DNA of 8,065 nucleotides from Octopus sinensis. Taxonomy: Eukaryota. Shown here piece after piece: positions 1 to 7,747 of this stretch. The notes beneath the pieces were generated by a model, which had not been told where the DNA came from, did not search any database, and saw only the letters and a list, made by a program, of their open reading frames with translations. The position numbers and the translations under genes are program-made. The stretch spans positions 1 to 8,065 of the forward strand of contig NW_021828575.1 of assembly GCF_006345805.1 (NCBI RefSeq), in the 5' to 3' direction. Every line of letters begins with the position of its first letter. Positions within the stretch are counted from its first letter, which is position 1.

Positions 1-112
1 AAAATATAATACCAGTCTTACACAGGAGCTGAGAACATAAACAAACCCACCCCTTATTACAAACACAGAGCTGCAAGCCATTTGCCCAATTTATAGTCTT
101 TTGTCATTGTTC

Positions 113-245
113 GGCCGTTGGAATGGCAGAATGATTTGACCATCGGATAAAATGCAATGCGGTATAAATTCATGCACTTTACGTTCTGAGTTCAAATTCT
201 GCTATGATCAACTTGATCTTTCACTCTGTCGGGGTCGATGTATAA
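113..245 (+). mobile_element. tRNA-derived SINE, family A, degenerate 3'-truncated copy
   Basis: A-box-like TGGCAGAATG (124-133) and B-box-like GAGTTCAAATTC (188-199). Positions 179-228 align ungapped with 6774-6823 at 39/50 (hand count), and with the reverse complement of the ~7100-7167 copy. Resembles an abundant Octopus SINE as I recall it. Confidence 0.8.
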
Positions 246-290
246 AGCTCTAATTACATACAATTGCTGATTGTTATGGTTGTTGTTGGT

Positions 291-370
291 CTTCTTCTTC
301 TTCTTCTTCTTCTTCTTCTTCTTCTTCTCTTCTTCTTCTTCTTCTTCTTCTTCTTCTTCTCCTTCTTCTT
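291..370. repeat. (TTC/GAA)n trinucleotide microsatellite, ~80 bp, two interruptions
   Basis: Directly visible CTT repeats, interrupted near 328-330 and at 361, preceded by a short TTG-rich stretch. Confidence 0.97.
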
Positions 371-529
371 GCTTATCATGTTCACAATAAAATAGGAAGT
401 GACTGATAAATGAATCGAAAATACTCCTACAAGCGGTCAAATATGGGGCTCTAAGCAACATGTCAAGTAACAGACGAAAGGAAAAGAAGAAAAAAGATAC
501 AGGTAAAAACATGATGCAACAATATTGTT

Positions 530-530
<1 letters not shown>

Positions 531-590
<60 letters not shown>

Positions 591-630
591 CATACATACA
601 TATACATATATATTATATATATATATATGT
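531..630. repeat. Compound microsatellite (TACA)n-(CA)n-(TA)n
   Basis: Directly visible. Confidence 0.95.
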
Positions 631-1131
631 ATATTACTTGCTACAGCATGGTCGCTATACAAAACGAAACTACGATGGTATACCTAATCTAACATAATAT
701 ATATATAGCAGGACAGAACACGAAGCACTTATTTGCAAAAAAAGTTTTAAGCACCTCTTCTGAACGAGCCAGTAACGGCCATATATACGACACACAATAA
801 CACACGCGATCGCACATGCATTCTATACATAACAAATTAAATTAAACTATCTCTCCGATTTCTCGTTGCGGATTATCGATAAATATTTTTTTCTATATGA
901 GATAACAGAAAGCAAAACTACGTAATGTGTTATCCAAGATTAACAGAAATCTTATCTGTATTTGCTTTAGAACATTTTATCCAATGCTTTACCTCTTGAA
1001 GCATTACCAACTTATTACACTCGAGAAATCTGCTGTTTACGATACTGTTCTGTGTCCAAAGTATTTCTTCTGCACAGTCATATACATGTATAGAGTCACG
1101 TGTATATCTATGCGTAAATAAATAAATAAAT

Positions 1132-1510
1132 GCGCAGGAGTGGCTGTGTGATAAGTAGCTTGCTTACCAACCACATGGTTCCGGGTTCAGTCCCACTTCG
1201 TGGCACCTTGGGCAAGTGTCTTCTGCTACAGACTCGGGTCGACCAAAATCTTGTGAGTGGATTTGGTAGGCGAAAAACTGAAAGAAGTCCATCGTATATA
1301 TACATATATATATATATATGTATGTGTGAGTGTATATATGTTTGTATATCTGTGTTTGTTAACCCACCATTGCTTGACAACCGATACTGGTGCATTTACG
1401 CCCCCATTACTTAGCGGTTCGGTAAAAGAGACCGATAGAATAAGTTACTAGGCTAGACTAAAGGTGGTGCTCCAGCATGGCATCAGTCAAATCACTGAAA
1501 CAAAGGAAAA
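1132..1510 (+). mobile_element. tRNA-derived SINE, family B (CORE-like segment, internal AT/GT microsatellite)
   Basis: A-box-like TGGCTGTGTG (1141-1150) and B-box-like GGTTCAGTCCC (1184-1194). GTGGCACCTTGGGCAAGTGTCTT (1200-1222) resembles the CCTTGGGCAAG segment of CORE/MIR-type SINEs. Internal microsatellite at ~1294-1345 and an A-rich 3' end. Matches a common Octopus SINE from memory; the 3' boundary is approximate. Confidence 0.85.
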
Positions 1511-1571
1511 ACATTTAATATAATAAAAGAATAAAATTAAGAAAATACAGAAACCAGGGCATTCTATGCTT

Positions 1572-1665
1572 TATGCATACATGCATATATGCACGTATGA
1601 GCATGAACGTAAATATATATATATATTTATATATATGTTTGTATACATTATATATTTATATTTGT
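1572..1665. repeat. Degenerate TA/ATGC low-complexity tract
   Basis: Directly visible alternating purine-pyrimidine repeats. Confidence 0.8.
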
Positions 1666-1844
1666 AAATGGTGTGTTATGCGAATTTATGGAAAGACACA
1701 ACACACCATATGCTAGTATTATTTTCATATTCGCAAACTTATGCCAGTAAGTTACCACCAAAAGATGTGAAGAATCTATATTAGAAATCTTTTTTTGGAA
1801 TGCTCCAAATTAAAGGACGAAATATAATCTAACCGTTTTACATA

Positions 1845-1885
1845 GATATATGTACGTACGTATGTATGTATGTATGTATATATAT
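1845..1885. repeat. (TATG)n/(TA)n microsatellite
   Basis: Directly visible. Confidence 0.9.
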
Positions 1886-2006
1886 AGAACCAAGCATATT
1901 GACAACGTAGAATAATATTTATTTAAGGGATTTCTCAGTTTTCGTTGTTATCATTTGACGACCAGATATGAATAATTTATAATCATGTTTACAGATAAAT
2001 AATATT

Positions 2007-2222
2007 GGTTTCAAAAATTGGCACAAGGCCAGCAATTTCGGTGTACAAATAAATCAATTACATCGACCTCAGTTATTAACTCGTTCTGCTGTTTTTTTAC
2101 TGACCCCCCCTCCCCGAAACGATGAAAGACAAACTCGACTATTGTGGTATTTGATCCTAAAAGCGGCCGAAATGTCGCTAAGCATTTTGTCCGGAGTGCT
2201 AATGATTCTGCCAGGTTCCCGC
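2007..2222 (-). mobile_element. tRNA-derived SINE, family A, near full-length degenerate copy
   Basis: The reverse complement of 2204-2213 gives the A-box TGGCAGAATC. Degenerate B-box at ~2146-2157. CATCGACC, CCCCGAAACGATGAAAG and the GGCACAAGGCCAGCAATT tail are collinear with the minus-strand copy at 7024-7230. Confidence 0.8.
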
Positions 2223-2296
2223 GTACCTTATAGTTTAATAATGTTAAAACTAATTCCGTTTCCTAAGTGCAGCAATCTATGATAACTAGACCTATC

Positions 2297-2317
2297 AACA
2301 CATGCACACACAAACAC

Positions 2318-2395
<78 letters not shown>

Positions 2396-2470
2396 GATAT
2401 ATATATATATAGATATATAATATATATAATATATATGTATGTATGTATGTTGTATGTACGTATGTATGTA
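2297..2470. repeat. Compound microsatellite containing an uninterrupted (AT)32 at 2322-2385, then degenerate TA and (TATG)n
   Basis: Directly visible; 64 nt of pure alternation counted. Confidence 0.97.
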
Positions 2471-2596
2471 TTGGGCGTTTCTCGTTTACAGGAAGAGCTC
2501 GTATCGATATTATATTGATTTAGGCTGCGTCCCAGTAAGGCTTGGAATTATGTCAGATTGTACCATCTTACCATTAGTACGGGATATATGGTTATG

Positions 2597-2781
2597 ACGT
2601 ATATATATGTGTGTGTATATATATATGTATATACATTATATAATACATATATTATATATATATAAATTATAATATATATATATATATATGTAAATATATA
2701 TATATATATATATATAATATATATATATATAAGAGAGAGAGATAGAATAGGTATGCATGTATGCATTTATCAATCTATCTA

Positions 2782-2831
<50 letters not shown>

Positions 2832-2932
2832 TTATCTATAAATTATATATATGTATGTATTTATGTATATATGTTGCATATATATATATATGTATATATA
2901 ATATATATATATCATATATATATATATATAAT
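2597..2932. repeat. Long degenerate (TA)n array with short (GT)n, (AG)n and (CTAT)n inserts; pure alternation at 2784-2826
   Basis: Directly visible. Confidence 0.95.
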
Positions 2933-3748
2933 TACAAAATTTTAAAGAACTATATCGCAAAAATTATTGCAAAATTTTCATGTTCCCTAAAACAAAATGG
3001 CGAAATGCATCGTTCGGCAGATTAGATTTAGAGATGTAAAAAAAAAATGCAAATGGAAAAAAAAAACAGTATTCTTTTCTTTTGTTTCGGCAACTCATCA
3101 CTGTAGATGCTGTGTTAAATTAGGATAGATATATATTGTCATATTCATGTTTATGATATTCTCAAACGCATCTTGGACATAAGAAAACTGATGTGAATCG
3201 TTTGGATGTTATGAATAGGATCATACTGCTGAATCTAGTATTGATTCAACAGTAAAGATGCTAAACCACATTCCATTGGACAGAAGCCCAGTGAAGTTTA
3301 TGATGGGGATCCGCTATTACACGATTCAGTGTAATTCTAATATGAATGCTAAGTGAATATTAAAAATGGACGAAGATATTTTGCATAAAGTAGAAAAGAG
3401 TTTCAGACCTATAGATGGAAGATAGAGAGAGCTTGTGACATTGATCTTTTTCTGAATAAAATACCATTTTTATTCTAAATTACACACATTATGTTGATTA
3501 ATAAACTGAGCCAAAATTGCTGGCTCACCTACTCCTACGAAAATTGCAGCGTTTATGCATCAACACCTTAATCATAATAAAATATAAGGAAAGGAAGTAC
3601 ACACATTTAATATTCAAATGTCCAAATATTTGTATATAACACATTCATAGGATGAATTCTCTCGTCGAAAACGACTTACGAGTGTTCAGCTCTTGCCGAA
3701 CAACCTGCTCAAATGATGTGTTTATAGTAAACAAATGAGTGTGCAAAT

Positions 3749-3790
3749 ACATACATACATACTTGCATAGATGAATATATATATATATAA
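3749..3790. repeat. (ACAT)n / (AT)n microsatellite
   Basis: Directly visible; forms the 5' flank of SINE C. Confidence 0.85.
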
Positions 3791-3793
3791 TGT

Positions 3794-4053
3794 GGAGGCA
3801 CGTAGCTTAGTGGTTAAAGCAGCGGACTCGCGTGTGTGCGATCGTGGGTTCGAATCTCAGATCTGGTGATGTGTGTGTTTATGAGCGAAACACTTAAGTT
3901 CCAGAAAGTGATAGCAGAACTTCTGCTGACTCTTTCGCCACATCTTTCTCTTACTCTTTCCTCCTGTGTCCCGTCCATGTGAGGAACTTATACACCAAGG
4001 AAACCAGGAAACCGGCCCTTATGAGCCAAGCTTGGCTCGAGAAGGAACAAACA
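3794..4053 (+). mobile_element. tRNA-derived SINE, family C, apparently full-length with 13-bp TSD
   Basis: tRNA-like head with A-box TAGCTTAGTGG (3803-3813), D-stem GCTT/AAGC (3805-3808/3817-3820) and B-box/T-loop GGTTCGAATC (3847-3856). 3' palindrome GAGCCAAGCTTGGCTC (4023-4038) and an AACAAACA tail. Flanked by identical ATATATATAATGT at 3781-3793 and 4054-4066. Confidence 0.9.
3803..3857 (+). promoter_or_regulatory. Internal RNA polymerase III type-2 promoter (A and B boxes) of SINE C
   Basis: TAGCTTAGTGG fits TRGCNNARYGG and GGTTCGAATC fits the B-box core, with a 33-nt spacing typical of tRNA genes. Activity is untested. Confidence 0.65.
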
Positions 4054-4154
4054 ATATATATAATGTATATCATATTTATATATACAAATATAAGACATGT
4101 TTGTGTGTGTGCATATATATATATATATGTGCGTATGTTTGTGTGTGTGTGTGT
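4054..4154. repeat. Degenerate (TA)n and (GT)n microsatellites
   Basis: Directly visible. Confidence 0.9.
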
Positions 4155-4369
4155 GGTTGGTCAATTGCAGCAGCATCCATCTATTTTTGTGGCGTTGTCT
4201 CGATAATGCGCTATATAAATATAAGTCCTTCATTATAAAGTTAGATCGTTTTCACCTTGAAATTATCAAGATCTGCAATCAGAAGCTAATATTATATTGA
4301 GTCTGGTGCTAAACTTTGTCTTGAGAAATAATCCCATCCCACAGAATTAGAGATTGATTTGGTGCAAGA

Positions 4370-4550
4370 CGTAGATATACAAACATACGTAGGTGTATTC
4401 ACATATAAATATATACATATATACATACGTACATATATATACATACATACATCATCACCGTTTAACGTCTATCTTCCACGCACCTTACACATACATATGT
4501 ATACACAAACACACACACACACACATAGTGTATGCTTGTATGTATGCATA
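4370..4550. repeat. Degenerate (TACA)n/(TA)n/(CA)n microsatellite cluster
   Basis: Directly visible. Confidence 0.85.
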
Positions 4551-4679
4551 TGTAAGAAAGTTACTGAAGCTCTGAAGGTTTCGTGGAAATGTTTTTCAAA
4601 ACTCGGACACGTTCCATTTACGAAAATCTCTCTCTCTCTTAAATCTCTTTAGTTAACTTTCGATCGATTAAAGACATTA

Positions 4680-4992
4680 ATATGCATGTGTGTTCATGTA
4701 GGATTAAGTATATACATATATATATGTACGTATTAATACATGTAAACGTGTGTACGCGTCTATACACACACACACACACATATATATAAATATATATTTG
4801 TGTGTGTTCATAAATATTTGTGTATGCATCTGCAAATATACATCTATGAATGTATATATACACACATATTTATATATATATGGTTATATCTACGTTTATA
4901 TATCATTTATATAAATACACATAGGCACACAAACATATTCCTATACATTCACACACTCACATACCCATACACACACATACACGTATTTATAT
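4680..4992. repeat. Degenerate TA/CA/TG low-complexity array
   Basis: Directly visible. Confidence 0.85.
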
Positions 4993-6134
4993 AATTTTTA
5001 CCTACGTAAATTTCATGAAGTTTGAGATATACCGTTTACACATTAGACGCTGTAAACTTCATGAACTTTGCAAAGGACCTAGCGACTTAAATGAAAGTTC
5101 TTTGATTACTTCAGCCTTGTTATTTAATTTAACACTTTATCGATTTCTCACAGTAGCATTAATAATCAAATTTGTCTTGGGTGAGCTGTAGTGGTTAAAT
5201 TTTATCGACCTTGATGAATGAGTTGTACTTAGTTATAATTGTATGATTGCGGTGGATTCTCGGAATCTTTAGAGCTTTGAGGAGAAAAAGTTTACTCAAC
5301 TGTGACTCTCGTCACTCTGGATTCGATCAAATTAAACTTCACTCTAATATTAGGGTCAATTTAAATCGTCTAAACTGTTTTCTGAAATCTCATGTCTGGA
5401 GCCTATATCAGAAATGTCAGATTCTCTGTTGCAATGTTTATCTATCAGAACCAAGATGATAAACGGAATCTTGTCTCCAGGTTAGTTGTTCCGGACCATA
5501 TTCGCTAAAATATCCCATTTTTTCAGAAAATAAAATAAAAATGACCACGCTTTATTAATATTGCATTTCACCTAAAATGAGCGATATAGGTAAAATAATT
5601 TTGGCATTTTCTTTTCGATCGCCTACTATACTTAATATATTTCCTTCACAATTGTGTTGAATATCTAACTTTAAAAAAGTGTTATTCTAGATGGATTATA
5701 ATGGAACATATATTAAAGACTATCTTAAAGTTTATAAGTAAGAAAAAATGATAATTAGAAATGAGGAACTGTGATATCAACTTACATTCTAATATCTATA
5801 AATGATTTCTATTCATGGTACAAAGCCACAGGATGCCTTGGGCACGAGCAGCATTTTATTAAATAATCTGTATCTGGTTGATATTTTCTTTTCCCTCCCA
5901 TTGGGATCAATCAAAATAAAGTAAAGTTAGGCTTTATTAGAACTTAATGGATAGAATGTAACTAAATGCAACAAAATATTTTCCAATTGTTCCATTAATT
6001 CTGCAACTCAAAGAAAATCATACTTTCAGCCGGATGATTTTTAAGATTTTTTTCTTCAAGTTTGGAATTTAATCGATTTCTTATTTACTGAATCATCCGT
6101 TTTGTTGGTCTTTAGTTGAGCTAATGAGGGTAAC

Positions 6135-6387
6135 GCCATATGACCACGCGTTGTACTAGAAATAGCAGTGAAATTTGTGTAAGTATAGTACAATCTTTAA
6201 GTATAATAGGTATACTACAATTTTTAAGCTAAATATAACATAAAGTCTCCAGGAACATATTCTCCAGTACATCTAGAAAGGAAAATCGAGATTGTCACGG
6301 ATGAAATATCTTTGACAATAGGCTTTCTTTCTCAAGGCAGACCTAGGGTTAAAAAACAACAGTAATAACGAGAAAAACAACAACAAA
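6135..6387 (+). mobile_element. Degenerate 3' part of an (AAC)-tailed retroposon (element D)
   Basis: TAGAAATAGCAG...GTCACGGATGAAATATCTTTGA...GACCTAGGGTTAAAAAACAAC followed by an AAC-rich tail (6355-6387). The motif order matches an Octopus repeat I recall. There is no second copy in the window and no recognisable Pol III head, so boundaries are approximate. Confidence 0.5.
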
Positions 6388-6556
6388 ACCCACTCCACCT
6401 GTTCTCGGTTTATCAACTTCGACGTGATTTGGACGGTGAGAGGGCAATAAATAAATAATCAAATTTATTGTTATTTCGATACGATTTTTGACTATAAAGC
6501 ACAAATGAAGCGAGTGTACAGTCAATGATATTGACGCTTAGCTTATTTATTTTTAT

Positions 6557-6630
6557 TTCGAATTCCATTAAGGCCAAATATTCAGTTTATTTTTCAAGGT
6601 CGATAAAATATGTACCGGTGAAATACTGAT
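6557..6630 (+). mobile_element. SINE family A internal fragment
   Basis: TTCGAATTCC (B-box-like) followed by GGTCGATAAAATATGTACCGGTGAAATACTG, matching the GGTCGAT-AAAT-AGTAC module seen in the other family A copies. Confidence 0.5.
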
Positions 6631-6698
6631 GTTTATATAATCTATAAACAGCATCACATGAAAAGTTGCCATTGTTTATCTGAATTGAATGCTATTTT

Positions 6699-6913
6699 GG
6701 CCAGTAATTTGAGGAATCACTTGAGGATCGGAAAAAAATGCAATTTCTGTACGTTAAGATCTCTTGCGGATCTTAACGTACAGAGTTCAAATACTGTTTT
6801 GATCAAGTTTGTCTTTCATCCTGTTGGATCAATGAAAATAAACTACTAATGATGTACTAGGAGCGACGTTTTCGGTTAAATTCAGGCTCATGCCTTAACT
6901 AAAAACCATTATA
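6699..6913 (+). mobile_element. tRNA-derived SINE, family A, degenerate full-length copy with internal foldback
   Basis: ATCGGAAAAAAATGCAAT (6727-6744) matches ATCGGATAAAATGCAAT (142-158). B-box GAGTTCAAAT (6783-6792). 39/50 identity to 179-228. The tail ends AAAAACCATTAT. Confidence 0.75.
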
Positions 6914-7023
6914 TTTTTGTAACGGATGGAAGAGAAGATGAATTTTATATGTTACCGACCCTTGATTCGTGAAATAAATTTGCAATTTCGTTGGGATTTG
7001 AATTGCCAGCGTAAACGACACTA

Positions 7024-7230
7024 CTTTCTACTAGTGACAAAAGTCCTGAAAAAATGTTATGGGTTAGTTGATTACGTTGACTCCAGTTTTGGAATTGTAC
7101 TAATTTCATCGACCCGAAATGATAAGTGGGTAAGTCGATCATGGCAGCATTTGATCTCAGAACGTAATGCCGGAAGAAGTATTGGGAAGGATTTTTCCCG
7201 ATGTAATAAAGATTTTGTCCTCTCGCCGCC
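7024..7230 (-). mobile_element. tRNA-derived SINE, family A, degenerate full-length copy
   Basis: The reverse complement of 7101-7167 aligns ungapped with 6774-6840 at 45/67 (hand count). The head reads GGCGGCGAG on the minus strand from 7230, and the copy is collinear with the 2007-2222 copy. Confidence 0.8.
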
Positions 7231-7235
7231 TTACC

Positions 7236-7283
7236 AATAATAATAATAATAATAATAATGATAATTATAATAATAATAATAAT
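7236..7283. repeat. (TAA)n microsatellite
   Basis: Directly visible; left flank of element E. Confidence 0.95.
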
Positions 7284-7284
7284 A

Positions 7285-7688
7285 AGCAGTTGAGCATGTC
7301 TCTTAGTGGTTGACGATATGTGCATCTCTGATCATGAGCAGAAGTACTGGGGGAGCATCATTGCCATGTGTTGAGAGGAATTCCTTGAGGTTTGGATAAT
7401 TCACCTTTGGAAGCATGGGTGTTTTATTCAACATCCTTAAGCAACCCCTATTCAGCGACCATTTGAGTGGGTCGGGCTACTCGGCCTGAAGAAAATGAAT
7501 TCTAACTGGGCCCCACCTGCAAGGTCACGTGCTGTTTATCTTGATATGAGATCACCATGTCGCGTACATATGGTCCGATGCATGTGGATGATATGCCCTT
7601 ATCAGACGGGTAATCATGATGGGTAAATTAGACTTTGTATAATTTACCCCAGTGTCACTTTGATGGCAATGCTCTGCTCTCTCACTCG
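7285..7688 (+). mobile_element. Interspersed repeat embedded in (TAA)n (element E), probably a 5'-truncated non-LTR retroelement or derivative
   Basis: A ~400-bp block of distinctly higher GC, sharply bounded by (TAA)n on both sides. It matches an abundant Octopus repeat ending ...CTCTCTCACTC(AAT)n as I recall it. Strand and class are inferred. Confidence 0.65.
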
Positions 7689-7691
7689 ATA

Positions 7692-7747
7692 TTAATAATA
7701 ATAACAATAATAATGATAATGATAATAATAATGACAATAATAATAAT
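7692..7747. repeat. Degenerate (AAT)n microsatellite / tail of element E
   Basis: Directly visible, with AAC, GAT and GAC variants. Confidence 0.93.

Noticed and set aside
901-968. Cluster of short inverted repeats (901-907/928-934, 936-941/948-953, 909-916/961-968) with pseudoknot-like geometry
   Set aside because: Stems of 6-8 bp that are AT-rich are expected by chance at this base composition.
1095-1103. E-box GTCACGTG (also at ~7525-7532)
   Set aside because: Isolated short motifs with no promoter context; the second lies inside a repeat.
2690-2826. Apparent large quasi-palindrome centred on ATGCATGTATGCAT
   Set aside because: The symmetry comes from self-complementary (AT)n and short AG/CT repeats; the unique arms do not pair well.
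3180-3430. Possible decayed coding or transposase remnant in moderately complex sequence
   Set aside because: All plus-strand frames checked are interrupted by stops within ~45 codons and I recognise no motif. A tBLASTx or Dfam search would be needed.
3507-3527. Hairpin TGAGCCA-AAATTGC-TGGCTCA sharing its stem with the SINE C 3' palindrome; the core CCAAAATTGCTGGC also resembles the family A tail (reverse complement of 2028-2041)
   Set aside because: Only 7-14 bp of similarity with two competing explanations, and the flanks do not extend either match.
3794-3867. Possible functional tRNA gene
   Set aside because: D- and T-arm motifs are present, but there is no acceptor stem pairing with the 5' GGAGGCA and no sound anticodon arm. 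The sequence continues into a SINE body with tail and TSD.
5198-5225. TTTTATCGACC fragment resembling minus-strand family A SINE
   Set aside because: Too short (11 bp) to support as a separate copy.
5436-5486. Possible 32-nt exon (TATCAG|AACC...TCCAG|GTTAGT) or 38-aa ORF from ATG 5392
   Set aside because: Weak polypyrimidine tract, unrecognised peptide and no supporting neighbouring exons; expected by chance in 8 kb.
7478-7610. Possible hammerhead ribozyme in element E (CTGAAGA on plus, CTGATAAG on minus)
   Set aside because: No matching GAAAC core with compatible stems could be assembled on either strand.
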